A DNA stretch of 61,405 nucleotides, the filler included, from Aduncisulcus paluster (Eukaryota): NCBI GenBank assembly GCA_024181965.1. It is 3 parts of 3 records of this genome, joined end to end, with 100 filler letters (N's around TTAATTAATTAA, not from the genome) between each part and the next. Parts side by side here need not be neighbours in the genome. Positions count along the whole stretch, not along the records: positions 42,133 to 61,405 come from BQXS01013852.1; 2 more parts are not named here. The stretch is one strand, 5' to 3'. Shown here one piece after another: positions 45,101 through 58,006 of this stretch; position 1 is the stretch's first letter; every line of letters begins with the position of its first letter. The notes under the pieces are model-generated. The model saw nothing but the letters and a program-made list of their open reading frames with translations. It made no database searches and was not told where the DNA came from. A program made the translations under genes and the position numbers.

Positions 45101-47599
45101 ATCCACTCTGACACATCTTGATCTGTCCTCCAATGCTATCTCTGACCCTTCTATCGTTTCACTGCAGGCTGGTCTCTCTGGTGTGACACATCTGACTCTG
45201 AGTGACAACTCCATCTCTGACCTTGCTCTCTTGCAACAAGCTATTGATGGTCTTGAGAATGTCGCATATGTTGATGTGAGTGACAATAGGCTTGATTGTG
45301 GGTCGACTGTGTCTGTTTGTTTGAATGTACTCGCTGATATCTGTGAACGGGATTTATTGGGAAACAACGTTGAGGTTATGTTTGGAGATGTGGTTGATCC
45401 AACAGATACTGTATCCCAGGATACAACATCTGCATGTGGATCTGATTCTTCCTCTTCCTCTTCTTCATCGTGCTCATATCTGGAAGATCATCGTGTGTGT
45501 GGAGTTGATTACTCTGTGGATGATGTTGATGACACTGAGTTGGCATGCATCTGTGGGTCAGGATACTATGAAGACATTTCTTCTGGTGAATGTGTGTTAG
45601 CTTCTTCTTCTTCTTCTGAATGTTCCAACTGTGGTGGTGAGCGAGGTACATGTGTGTATAGCTCTGACTCTGACACTAGTGATGAATCCTCTCCACTATT
45701 CTGTGAGTGTTCTGATGGATGGTATGGAACTGATTGTTCGTCCCTCTGTCCTGTTTCTGATGATCTTGGTTTGTGCAGTGGATCTTCTCGTGGAACATGT
45801 GATGCTGCCACCCNNNNNNNNNNNNNNNNNNNNATGTTGATGACACTGAGTTGGCATGCATCTGTGGGTCAGGATACTATGAAGACATTTCTTCTGGTGA
45901 ATGTGTGTTAGCTTCTTCTTCTTCTTCTTCTGAATGTTCCAACTGTGGTGGTGAGCGAGGTACATGTGTGTATAGCTCTGACTCTGACACTAGTGATGAA
46001 TCCTCTCCACTATTCTGTGAGTGTTCTGATGGATGGTATGGAACTGATTGTTCGTCCCTCTGTCCTGTTTCTGATGATCTTGGTTTGTGCAGTGGATCTT
46101 CTCGTGGAACATGTGATGCTGCCACCCATACATGTGTGTGTGAGTCTGGGTATTATGGATCTTCATGCAACCTCTATTGTGATAGTTTGTCAAGATGTGG
46201 TCTGCACGGTCGATGTGCTGTCGATGATCTCTCTTCTGAGACGGTATATTGTAAATGTGATGCTGGATGGTATGGGTCAACATGTTTCACTCAATATCCT
46301 GTTGAGACTGTTGAGTATGTGAATGATGATGATGAAACAAACCCGACTATCGTTGATTACGTGTGTGGAGTTAATTACTCTACAGATCCATCTTCATCAT
46401 ATTCAGACTATGGAATCTATTCATCAGACACTGACGCATATTCGTGTGACTGTTCCTCCTATGGTCTCATCACTGATACCTCAACATCCACATGCATTGA
46501 TCCTGCGACTCACCCTGAATACAAGTACATTGCTGGAAATGACACTGCTTGCTTGACCTGTGGAACAACCACGGATAGTCATGGCACATGTGTTCTTGGT
46601 GAAGGAGAAGATAGTTTCACAGCCATGTGTCAGTGTGAGTATGGATGGAGTAATTCCCTCTCTTCTGAGAGTATTTCATGCTCTATTGATGTGTGTGGAG
46701 TGTTTGATAACTCTGATTTGTTATTGATTTGTTCAGGGAATGGATCATGTTATTTTGATCCACAAACGAACGATTATGCCTGCAATTGTTCCGATGGGTG
46801 GAATGGCACAACTTGTGATGAAGAGATTAAGGATTATGCGGTACTTGTGATCATCATTTGTTCGATCTTATCCGTTTGTGCACTATCTTTGGGTGTTCCT
46901 TTGTTTGTCTATTCATGCAAAAGGCTCAGAGCTCGAAAATTGGAGGAGAAATCTAACATTGAATTGGTTACTTCGACTCTTGGTCCCTCTAGTCTGACAC
47001 CTGATACAGCTTTTGAACTTTTACCAACGAGTGATGAAGTTCAGAAATCTGAGGGTATTAGAGAATCGGCATCTTTGGATGGAGGACCGTCACAATCTGA
47101 CAAACTTCCAATCATGAGAAAGAAGCGAATTATTCCACCTCCATCTCTGCCAACCTTTCCTTCGCCCTTACACATGGAATTCCACCCAGAATTTGATAGT
47201 GAAAATTCTATCGATTCCTCTGCAATGTCCACTCCCAATGAATCTTCTGGAGGGCCTTCTGTTGATGTATCGATATCTAATGAAGGTAGCACAGTGGCAA
47301 TTGTTTCAACGATTCCTCCTGAGGATTCCAAGAGTGCTTCAATTGTTCGACATAAGAGGAAGAAGAAGAAAGATCATGACAAGGAACTTCACTCCAAACC
47401 CACCAAGACATCGACACCAACTCGTTCAACTTCTGTCAAGAAGATGAAGAAGACCAAGAAGAAGAAGTCCTCTTTGTCCCCAAAGGAGGAAGTATCGGGA
47501 ACAATGGCAAATAGTGATGTTACCTGTACCTTGGCTCCTCTTAAAGTTTCTCAGACTCACCAAAAGACACATAAGAGAAGGAAGAAAAAGAAGAAATGA
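42133..47599 (+). CDS. Type I membrane protein with alternating LRR blocks and EGF-like/Cys-rich repeats; 5'-partial
   Basis: LxxLxLxxNxLxD repeats, CxCxxGWYGxxC EGF motifs, TM helix YAVLVIIICSILSVCALSLGVPLFVY, Ser/Lys-rich tail. The two ORFs join through a duplication around the gap at 45814-45833. Confidence 0.9.
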
Positions 47600-47945
47600 T
47601 TTCCACCATGGTTTTGTTTCTTGCGCAGATTTAATCTTTCAAAATATATGATATCAATTCAAGTATTTTAGAATCAGAAGAATTGTAGATATTTTTTCAT
47701 CGCCTCCCTTCTTTTTACTCCGTCAGATGAATTTATTGATTACATATTAGATCTAAGTTTTCCCATTTCGTAAAATTTATTTATTTATTTCTATTTCATA
47801 GTGATGATTGTTCTATATTTGACATTATTACTCTTTTAACTATTCTCTTAAAGTATTTATTTCACTTATTATTCATTATTCAGTTTCTGCCAATGATTTA
47901 ATGATTATAATTATAAATCATTATCAATCGAAACAATAACTCTAA

Positions 47946-50221
47946 TTAGCAGCATTTACAACAAGACTCGAGCCTTGTTTGAGAAATATCCTCTTTACCT
48001 TCATCTTTTCTTAGAGGTTCTTCTGTTCTAATCCTATAAACTAAATTTATCCTCTTTGAGAAAGAACGTACAGAAATATCAGAATGGAAATGGGATTCTT
48101 CTTCAGGAAAACCCTTTGGATTGGCATTTAACAAAGATGAACAATAAATTGACAAAGGACATATTCTCATTTTGGCACAGATTTGCTCAAGAACACCCAA
48201 AGATTGCCCTGATCCTGACTCTGGTTGAACTCCAGATGAGATTTTATCATAGTCATGATGAGAACTTAATTTCGCCCAAATTGAGACGTTTAGTGACACA
48301 GATCCTTCATCAAAGAAGAATTCGAACGGAATGAAAAATATATTGAAATTGGAAGAGGATAAAGAAGTCACATAAATTTGTTTATCATTAAATTCTTTCG
48401 GGTGATATTTATCATGTTTTACGACAAATCGGACATCAGAAAACATGGATATACCACTTGATCCGAGAATGAAATAAAAATCATTGTTATATTTGGAAAG
48501 AAAAGATTCTTTATCCATTTTTTCAAAACAAGCGGAAAAAGATAGCGAAATGTCTGCAATCCAATTTAGACCGGAGGAATGCATACAACCAATACTCTCA
48601 GGGGAATAATCAATAAGAAAATCAATGGCTCGGGAATGAATTCTTGGATCTGACAGATGCCATGAACATTCAATTCTCACAGATTTATGGAGGAGTTCAC
48701 GGAGAGTAAAAGTGGATAAAATGCCAGATCTTGGGTCAATTATTTCAATATTCATTGCAATATCATCCCATCCATGGCTTCTTCTTCCTGAAATCTCGGA
48801 TTCTACATCTTTCTTCCCACATTCCGTGTGCAAACATTTATCACCGTCACAAACGTCAGTAATTTCTACTTCTTTGGCCTCCTTCTTAATGATGGACCAA
48901 GAATCTATAGCAAACGCATGGAATAAACATCCATCTGACTCAGACTCCTCTCGGTCAAGGGGAGGGCTAGAAGAAATATCACGAAGGACAACAACCGTGG
49001 TGCCTATATTAGCTCGGATGGCTGAGAATAAAACACGATAAAGAGTGTCCATGATATCAGAAAGGACAGAATGATATATTTCATATCTCTTGGGTGAATC
49101 ATTCGGAACATACACTCGCATACCACTGGAATCAAGCATCATAAACATTCCATTGTGGGTTCTACTCATTCCTTTCATGATTTCTTGATTCATATGGTCA
49201 TAATTAAGCGAAAAAATGCCAGAAATAGAATGGGATAAAATACGCATATAATCATGAGGGTGGAAAAATCGAGGTAACAATGATATTGGGGGTGAAAGAA
49301 AGGATTCATCTGGTGTGGATTGTTCAGAAAGAGCAGGTGAAGTGAACAAAGAGAGAACAAAATGTTCCATGGATGAAAAATATATTGAAAAGTTGGAACA
49401 TGTTTCTAAAAGAGAAGAATCGGCATGGTAAGTATCTTTAATATCTCTAGTATGTTCAATAGAGGATATAATGGTGATAACTGGCCTTTGAAAGGAANNN
49501 NNNNNNNNNNNNNNNNNGGGGGTGAAAGAAAGGATTCATCTGGTGTGGATTGTTCAGAAAGAGCAGGTGAAGTGAACAAAGAGAGAACAAAATGTTCCAT
49601 GGATGAAAAATATATTGAAAAGTTGGAACATGTTTCTAAAAGAGAAGAATCGGCATGGTAAGTATCTTTAATATCTCTAGTATGTTCAATAGAGGATATA
49701 ATGGTGATAACTGGCCTTTGAAAGGAACTGGGTGAATACAAATCCTTTGAAATCTTATAGGGGAATGAAGAAGGGATAAACCCGTCAATTGTTGCATAAA
49801 ATATTTGAGAGTGTGTAATAGAAATTGTTTTATCAAACAAATAAACAATAATTTCTGATTTACAGGGGATATGAGAATAGCCGGCTGATATTAAAGAAGA
49901 CAATAAACTACAAGAATCAAAAACTCCCTGTTGATATCCTTTTTTGATGGGGTAGTCTCTGGATTTGAGAGTATCAATTGATAATAATGTTAATTTACGA
50001 AGGAAAGAAGGGGATTCAAGTTTAATTTCATATATTGGTAAAGAGTTAAAAATATATGGAGTTTTTCTAATTATTGTTCCATAAATATCTGAATCGCTTT
50101 GATCTTCTTCATAATCAATACTAGAAAAGAGTGTAGAATAATGATGGGAAAAATCGATAAAGAAATCGTCAAATTGACATGACTTTGAAGAAATTCCCTT
50201 ATATATTACTTTAGATTCCAT
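47946..50221 (-). CDS. Hypothetical protein (~680 aa once the gap duplication is collapsed), ending CCKCC
   Basis: ORFs 49406..50329 and 47946..49370 share MEHFVLSLFTSPALSEQSTPDESFLSP across the N gap at 49498-49517. First ATG at 50221. Confidence 0.6.
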
Positions 50222-50411
50222 TACATAAGACAAATAAGAATATGACCCTCGTATATCGACCAAGACGATGTCATCCGGATTCAAAAAAAATAGAGACAAA
50301 CACGTAAAAAGAAATATAATCCACCTCAATCGGTTACTAAATCGCCAATTTACTAATTCAAAAAAATTAATACTTGATAAATACGCTGAAACTTGCTAAA
50401 ATGGGATTAGG

Positions 50412-51851
50412 TTAAAACAGATCTCCAAAAAAACCTTTGTCTTTCTTTCCCATGCCTTTATCGTGTTTTTTTGAATGTTTTTTCCTCTTAACTTTCTTCA
50501 GATGACTTGATATTTTATCTTGAGGTGATGTGACTGACTTGGTCTCAGAACTATTTGGTTTCAAAGAAACATCAGATATAATTTCTTTGCTCTTTTTGGT
50601 GGATTCATCAAGCGATTCAAGCAACATATCCTGTAATTGACGAGAATCTACTCTTTGAGAAGTGTGATCAAAAATTTCCTGAAGATCTTTTTGCCTCCTA
50701 AGATTCTGTTCAGAAATCTCTCGGCTAGATCTAATCAAATCCATGATATCTACCCCTTCTTTATCAGGAACTTTTTTGGTCATTTTTCCGGCAATGTCGA
50801 AAAGTTCTCCATTGTTATTCTCAGGAGAAGAATCCGAAGGGTTGTCCGAAGTTGGGGGTCGTAACAGGCTTTCCTTTCCTAAAACCTTCCTAGCTTCCTC
50901 TCTTTCAATGGCTATTTCATCAGAAGCTGATTTATATATGGGTTTTGAATAGGTTGGAACAGCTCCATTTTCACATACATAACACTCATGTTCAGGATCG
51001 GATTTAAAGGTGATTTGTGCAGAACAACATGTACATTTAATAAAAAAACGAAATACCGGTATTCTATAGTATGATTCTTCTCGAATTCGTTGTTTTTTGG
51101 CATTGAATCTCGTATTTCTGAAAATGGTATTTCCACAGGAAGTACATCGCATAGACATAGGTAATTCGAGTGTCACAAGAGTTATTCTTTCTTTTGAAAC
51201 CAAGCCTTTCCTTTTTTTATCGAGAGTTTCTTTTCTTGTATATCTTCGTAACTCACTTGCATCAAAATGGTCTGGAATAAACTAAAATGCCAAATTATCA
51301 GTTAATCAAATTAATAGTTTGATATAACATAAATTTGTGGTTAAACAATATTGTTCAGAAGGAATATAGCTGTAAAACAATAAGAACAGATTAGGATGTT
51401 ATTTATCCAGGAAGAAAGAACATCATAAACAAAAAAACGAAGTAATAAAAAATAAACATACCTTTTGAATTGTTTTTCGTTCNNNNNNNNNNNNNNNNNN
51501 NNAAGTACATCGCATAGACATAGGTAATTCGAGTGTCACAAGAGTTATTCTTTCTTTTGAAACCAAGCCTTTCCTTTTTTTATCGAGAGTTTCTTTTCTT
51601 GTATATCTTCGTAACTCACTTGCATCAAAATGGTCTGGAATAAACTAAAATGCCAAATTATCAGTTAATCAAATTAATAGTTTGATATAACATAAATTTG
51701 TGGTTAAACAATATTGTTCAGAAGGAATATAGCTGTAAAACAATAAGAACAGATTAGGATGTTATTTATCCAGGAAGAAAGAACATCATAAACAAAAAAA
51801 CGAAGTAATAAAAAATAAACATACCTTTTGAATTGTTTTTCGTTCAGCCAT
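50412..51851 (-). CDS. YJU2: Splicing factor YJU2/CWC16 (CCDC94 family); one 180-nt intron, 5' region duplicated across an N gap
   Basis: Exon 1 MAERKTIQK (51851-51825), intron GTATGT..TAG (51824-51645; duplicate 51461-51282), then FIPDHFD, LELPMSMRCTSCG..FNAKK, FRFFIKCTCC..ITFKSDP...Y.CENGA. Confidence 0.92.
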
Positions 51852-52075
51852 TTGTCAGATTCTACCAAAACGGGACATTATGATTTGAACGTCGGGTTTT
51901 AAAGATACACATGAAAATAAATAATTTTTTGATACTACTCATCAATTTTAATGGTATTAATTGATGTTGAATCGGCAGAATTAGTTGAAATATAAGGATA
52001 ACTGAATTTTTGATTTTTCCTTGATTTCCATCCTTTACTTCAGAAATATTTTATATTTTATAAGCTTATTTTTAA

Positions 52076-53605
52076 ATGGCACATACAGTACGAAGAGGAA
52101 TTTATCATCCAACCTCTGATTCATCGTCTGCCGCAGACGCTACTTTGTTTGGACAAAGACCTCGTTATAAAGCAAGATGGATGGCTATGGAAGGTAAAAA
52201 CAAGAAAGATGCAGCAATTATCGATGCTTCTACGCTAACTGCTCTCACTGGAACTCCAATTACCTCGTCAACAATTAGCGGAAGCGAATTTCAGAGAATT
52301 GTTTCAAATGCAAACACTGGAAAGGATAAAAGTGAAACAATTGGTGCATCTGCACATGGTCAAACACTTGATACAACAAAAACCAGAAAGTCAAGGGCGG
52401 AAATGCAAAGAACCAGAATACAAGGACTTGAGAAGACTAGAAGACAAAAATTACCCCCTTCATCATTCCAACGTGAGAAATTAGCTGAACGTGAGAAGAT
52501 GAAAGCCGAAGTTAAGTTGCGTCGTGCTGAAGATGATGATAATGTGAAATTATTACGTTCTATGGCCGCTCGTGCCAAAGCTCTCTCAGAAAGAGAGAAA
52601 CAGTTGGCAGAGAAGAAAGCTATTACTGCTAAACTTGCTGCTGTGGATAGTATTTATGATGAAAAGGCCGAGAAAGAACGTCAAGCTTTGCTCAGAGAAA
52701 CAAGAGAGAAAGAAATTCTTATGGCTCAAACCAAACGTTTATACCGTCAAGAACTTGATGAACAAGTGAAGGAACATGAGCTTCAGGCCTTGATAAAAGA
52801 GGAAGAGCTTGAACAAGAAAAGGAATCCATCAAACGCGAGATCGAGAGTCAACGCAAGGCTAGGGAATTGGCTGCCAGTCAAAAGGAGCAATTACGTCGC
52901 CAACATCAAGTCGAACGTATCCAGGCCGATCGTCTAGCTGCTACCTTGAAAAAGCGTGAACAGGAGCGTCTTCGTGCCGAAGAGAAGCGTATCCTTGATT
53001 TTCAAAGGAGGAAGGCTGAGCGTGAAGAGATGGAAGAGAAGGCCAAGCGTGATGCTGCTGTTGCGAAGGAGCTTGAGTGTGCCAAACTCAGAGCCCAGCA
53101 ACAACGTGCCGTTGATACCAATGCCATTGAAGACCATAAAAGAATGCTCCGTGCCTTCGAGCTTAAAGAGGCCAAAGCCAGACGTGAGGAGATTGCTAAG
53201 AGGAAGAAGGCTGAGAAGGACAAACAACAACTCCGTCAGAATTTGGCCGCTCAAGTTGAATTCAAGAAACAACGTAAAGAGCTTGAATTGGCTGCTGAGA
53301 AGGAATATGGAATGACCATCCGCAAAAAAGTTAAAGTTGCTGAACAAATTGAGAAGGAAGCCCAAGAAACGAAGCTCCGTGCCAATATTGAATACAAGAG
53401 ATGTCTTGACGAGCAAATGGTGGAACGCTTCGGGATTGAGGACGAAGCTATAGCCAAGGAGAGAGAAGGAATCGATGCTGATGCTGAGAGGAAGAGACTG
53501 GAGATGTATGCAAGGATCAAAGCTGATACCATTGCTCAATTGAAGAAAGATGGTGTGAGTGAGAAATATCTCGTTGATATTAGGAAATTAAGTGGAAATG
53601 TTTAA
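52076..53605 (+). CDS. CFAP45: Cilia- and flagella-associated protein 45 (trichoplein/TPH-domain microtubule inner protein)
   Basis: EDDDNVKLLRSMAARAKA..EREKQLAEK, KELECAKLRAQQQRA.D, and C-terminal IK..I.QLKKDGVSEKY match the CFAP45/CCDC19 pattern. Confidence 0.82.
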   Translation: MAHTVRRGIYHPTSDSSSAADATLFGQRPRYKARWMAMEGKNKKDAAIIDASTLTALTGTPITSSTISGSEFQRIVSNANTGKDKSETIGASAHGQTLDTTKTRKSRAEMQRTRIQGLEKTRRQKLPPSSFQREKLAEREKMKAEVKLRRAEDDDNVKLLRSMAARAKALSEREKQLAEKKAITAKLAAVDSIYDEKAEKERQALLRETREKEILMAQTKRLYRQELDEQVKEHELQALIKEEELEQEKESIKREIESQRKARELAASQKEQLRRQHQVERIQADRLAATLKKREQERLRAEEKRILDFQRRKAEREEMEEKAKRDAAVAKELECAKLRAQQQRAVDTNAIEDHKRMLRAFELKEAKARREEIAKRKKAEKDKQQLRQNLAAQVEFKKQRKELELAAEKEYGMTIRKKVKVAEQIEKEAQETKLRANIEYKRCLDEQMVERFGIEDEAIAKEREGIDADAERKRLEMYARIKADTIAQLKKDGVSEKYLVDIRKLSGNV

Positions 53606-53972
53606 ATTAAAACAAAAAAGGAAAAAGAAAAAAGGTTGAGCGGAATCACTATCATTTGTTAATTCAATTTTTCTTTCATTTCTTAGGCAGCAAATATGAT
53701 TGTAGCAAAAATAAAAATTTTATTTTTTGATGATGTTAAAGATAAAAATGAAGGAATAAAGTAGCTAAGTCGTGATCAAACAACACAAGATCAAAGTGCT
53801 CTTTTTTCCTTTCCTGAACAGTTCTGTAAAATTTTATTTCATTATTTCAATGTTTAATTATAGATTTTGATTTATAACATCATTCTCATTTTTCTTGTTC
53901 CGAAGCAAGCATCTATTCAAATATTATGATTGATTGAATTGCCATTCTCTTGATTTTTGTGCAAAATTAGAA

Positions 53973-54917
53973 ATGAAATTTATTGAAATTGGTGGAAATA
54001 TGACCGATGGAATTTTCCATGGCCGTAGAAGAGGTGTTAAATTCGACGATTATGACTTAATAATGGAAAGGGCAGCTAAAGTTGGTGTTGAGAAAATTAT
54101 TATAACTGTCGGATCATTTAGAGAGTTTTACCGAGCTGTTGAAATCTGTAAGAAGTATGAAGGGAAAGCTTTTATGACTTGTGGGATTCATCCAACTCGC
54201 TCCAATGAGATCACTGGAGATAAGTGTGATCCAAAGTATATTGAACGTCAAATAGATGTTCTTAGAAAGAGGATTCATAAATTTAAGGAATATATCGTTG
54301 CTTATGGGGAATTTGGACTTGACTATGACCGACTTCATTTCTCACCAAAAACATCTCAACTAGCAGCATTTAAAGCACAATTATCTCTTGCATCTGAGCT
54401 TAATTTGCCTTTATTCCTCCATACTAGGAATGCTGAATCGGATTTTTGCCCTCTTCTCTCTTCATTTTCATTCCCAAAGAAAGGAGTTGTTCATTCATTT
54501 ACCGGAACACCTAAAGAACGTGATATTGTCTTGAAACTTGGATATGATCTCAGTGTGAATGGTTGTTCGTTTAAGAAAGAGCATCAGCTCGAATGTGTTA
54601 AGAAAATACCATTGTCGAGGCTCCATTTGGAAACTGATTGTCCTTGGTGTGATATTAGATCGTCTCATGCTTCGTGGGAGCATGTTAAGACCAAATTCCA
54701 CTTCAAACATGTCTCAAAGGCTGAACCTGGCGATATGATCAAGGGTAGAAATGAACCTTGTTGTATTGTTCAAGTTGTTGAGGTTATGAGTGCTATTATG
54801 GGTATTAGTGCAGAAAAAATCGCGGATAAATGTTATGAGAATTCTGAAAAGATGTACTTTGCTGAGAAATCGAGTGATATCCTTCCGGCTTCGTCAGCTG
54901 TTCCTGAAGAAAAATAA
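53973..54917 (+). CDS. TATDN1: TatD-family DNase (TATDN1-like)
   Basis: MKFIEIGGNMTD, GIHPT, GEFGLDYDRLHF, LPLFLH, GVVHSFTG, LETDCPW, RNEP. Confidence 0.93.
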   Translation: MKFIEIGGNMTDGIFHGRRRGVKFDDYDLIMERAAKVGVEKIIITVGSFREFYRAVEICKKYEGKAFMTCGIHPTRSNEITGDKCDPKYIERQIDVLRKRIHKFKEYIVAYGEFGLDYDRLHFSPKTSQLAAFKAQLSLASELNLPLFLHTRNAESDFCPLLSSFSFPKKGVVHSFTGTPKERDIVLKLGYDLSVNGCSFKKEHQLECVKKIPLSRLHLETDCPWCDIRSSHASWEHVKTKFHFKHVSKAEPGDMIKGRNEPCCIVQVVEVMSAIMGISAEKIADKCYENSEKMYFAEKSSDILPASSAVPEEK

Positions 54918-55076
54918 ATTATTTACGATAGCTAATATACCAAATAAAATTGTTTTTAATGATTATCTATGATGATCATCTTGATGAATCGGCGTGAGTG
55001 TTTTTTTACCATTTTCTGGCAATCTACAAACGATATTTGCTGTGTCTCTTTTGTTGGTTCCATATAATCGTTTTCT

Positions 55077-56909
55077 ATGAAATTTATATCTCTTGTCCTC
55101 CTGGTTTTTATTTTTTCTCTCAACTTCTCGACTGTGAGATCTGATGATACTTCTATTCCCACTTTTCAAAAACAAACTGTTACATTAGATGGTTTATCTT
55201 TTATGCTCAATAATTTTATCGATATTATCCTTGATCAAGTTGCTACTATGCAAATACCTGGATTTTCTACTGATCTGGATACTCCCATTGGTCAAGTTAA
55301 TATTAGCTTTCAAAATATTGATATTCAGACCATTCAAATGGATAATCATACTCCTCTGTATGTTGAAGGAGTTGGGATTAGGATTGATGTTTCACAAGCC
55401 TATATCAAGATCTCCCTTGATTTCAATTATCAATTATTGACTTTTCCTTATACATCTGATGGTGGTCAACTCATTATTACTGCAAACGATGCTTCTTTCC
55501 AAATCGAAGTCCACGTCTATGAGCTAAACCATGGACAAGGGTTGAGCGTCGATCAGGCGGTCCTTTCTCTTGGAGATTTCGGCATTGATATTATTGGATC
55601 AAGTGATGTCCTCCGTGTAATTATCCAGGTTGCTACTCCGTTCATCCAAGACAGTATTGAAGACGCTATGAACACTATATTGTCGACTGTTATAAACGAT
55701 ATTGTGAACCAGATGCTCGGAGATGTGGAGACTTGTGTTGTGTATCACCCTGATACTGCCCTTGATCTCCGAATGACCGTAGATCCTGTCGTGATGACCG
55801 ATTACATGTCCTCTCCTTACTCCTGTCTCTATTACGGCACTGACAGTGAGCTCTACACTTCTAGTCCTGCTTCCCTCGCATTTGAACTTCCAAACATTGT
55901 GAACGATGCTCATTTCCAGCTCATGTACAAACCTGATGTTATCCTCTCCATGTTCCATACTTTCATGGGAAGGGCGAGTTTTAATGGTTATATCACTGCG
56001 GATGATCTTCCCACATCTTTTCCATTCCCTTTCACGTATGATACTCTCGAGTATCTCTTCCCAGCCCTCCCTGCGGGTCTTCCGTCCACTCTCTCTTCAT
56101 CTGCTCCTTTCCAAGTGCAATTTTCTCTGAACACAGATCCCACAGCTTCAATGCAACCTGGAGCCATTGCTATATACACCCAACCCACTCTTGTGTTCTC
56201 CGTGTATGATGATACGTCTGGCCAATGGCTCACGGATGATGACTGTGTAATCACCATTTCTGGCACAGCTGTGTTGATGGCTGTTCCTTACACGGTGAAT
56301 GATTCAACTGGGGGAGCCGTATCAGTCTCCTTTGAGTTCGATACATACTCCTTTGACATTAGTGATATCTCCCCCGCTCAGAGTCAAGAAGATTCCTGGA
56401 ATGAGAGTTTGGTGGAATTGTTCTTGACAATCACAATGTCCGTGAGCATATCTGACCCTCTCCAATCCTGGGCAGACTCATTGGCCTATCCTCTTCAACC
56501 TGTCCCTGGGGTGCTGTACACCGATCCTATTATCTGGTTCTCCACTAATGCTGACGATGGAGAGTATTACGCTGTGTTGATCACATACCAGTGGGATGGA
56601 AACTCATCTTGGGGAGGGGTATTCGCACCACCTGAGGAATGCTCCGAGGAACAGGGAAGCCTTGACAGTTCATGTGCAACTGCTCGTCACATCTATGCTT
56701 CTTCTCTTCAGAGGGAAAGGAAGAGGAACGAATCTCATCTTAGAATTAGTGATGATCCCAATATTTCTATTGGAGTTGATGAGTTTTCAAGGATTGTTAA
56801 GAGACTCACTATCGAGGAATGGGTCAGCCGTCAAGAGTCATGGAGGAAACAAAAGGCAAGAAAGTATCATACTCTCTCGGTCAATGACGATGATATCTGC
56901 CTAAGTTAA
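55077..56909 (+). CDS. Secreted BPI/LBP (TULIP) family lipid-binding protein
   Basis: Signal peptide; VTLDGLSF...I...V...IPGFS, long alternating beta strands and a two-lobe length typical of BPI/LBP/CETP. Confidence 0.78.
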   Translation: MKFISLVLLVFIFSLNFSTVRSDDTSIPTFQKQTVTLDGLSFMLNNFIDIILDQVATMQIPGFSTDLDTPIGQVNISFQNIDIQTIQMDNHTPLYVEGVGIRIDVSQAYIKISLDFNYQLLTFPYTSDGGQLIITANDASFQIEVHVYELNHGQGLSVDQAVLSLGDFGIDIIGSSDVLRVIIQVATPFIQDSIEDAMNTILSTVINDIVNQMLGDVETCVVYHPDTALDLRMTVDPVVMTDYMSSPYSCLYYGTDSELYTSSPASLAFELPNIVNDAHFQLMYKPDVILSMFHTFMGRASFNGYITADDLPTSFPFPFTYDTLEYLFPALPAGLPSTLSSSAPFQVQFSLNTDPTASMQPGAIAIYTQPTLVFSVYDDTSGQWLTDDDCVITISGTAVLMAVPYTVNDSTGGAVSVSFEFDTYSFDISDISPAQSQEDSWNESLVELFLTITMSVSISDPLQSWADSLAYPLQPVPGVLYTDPIIWFSTNADDGEYYAVLITYQWDGNSSWGGVFAPPEECSEEQGSLDSSCATARHIYASSLQRERKRNESHLRISDDPNISIGVDEFSRIVKRLTIEEWVSRQESWRKQKARKYHTLSVNDDDICLS

Positions 56910-58006
56910 ATCGTTAACTTCTTGTCTCTATCTCTTTAATTATTTTTATATTTCTTTTGCACTAAGTAGAATATCCCCATTTTACATATCTATTGCTCAA
57001 TGGACGTTTGGATTGATATATATATTATTATATGTATATTTATTTATAAATTTGTTCGTCAATCTCTCAATATATACAATGTAGGAATTATTTATATTCC
57101 CGACTTGTATATTAATATAATAATCATTTAAATACTTTTGTAAGAATGATATCTCAACAATTTTTATGTATTTCTTTTGACCTTTTGACAATTATTTTGT
57201 TTCTATAATTGTTTGAAGATTTTTTTTTTATGATTAATTTTTAGATTTTTTTATTACCTTTTTTCTAATTGTCTCCGTTATCTTTTCCCGTGAAGCATGT
57301 TTTATTGATGACCTGGCTTTGTTAATTATATTGAGTTAATGACAATATAATTATTCGATTGGAATTGAGGTAATAATTCCAAAGATTGGGTAAACAATCC
57401 AGTTCACCAATGATCAATCAACATGTTTCTATTCGTTCTTATGGGTATTTACAATCTTTTATTGTAAAAATCTACCCAATATTCAAGATATCTTTGTTTT
57501 GTGACGATTAAAAAACTAAAGAGCTTTATGATCTTTCCTTTTCCTACCGAGGATCAATTTTCTTTTCTTTTACCTGTAATATTGAAATTAATGATATTAT
57601 TGGGTGTAACCCTGATTTAATTTTACTGTTTTGTTATATAATTAATAACGATCCCTTTTATTTGTTTTAGAATTCACGCCTTTGCCTCACACATCATCTT
57701 ACCATCAAACTTTAAGAATGATATGGTTTGTAAATAATAAATAATGAAAAATAATTTTCTAACGTTATTTTTTACGAGTGGGAAGTGATTATGCCTTAAA
57801 CATGACGAAATAATTTTTTTGATTGAAAGCTTCTTCTATCGTGATATCCTTTGTGAGAATAAATCTTTCTTTTGTATTCCTTATTATTCTATTTCCATTA
57901 TTCGACTTGATTCTTCCGTCGAATTGCTCCTTCCAATTTTAAGTTTTGACTTCACCGATTGTGGCGGCATCCTAGGTTAAGTGGACCTATCGTCATATAA
58001 TTTTAT

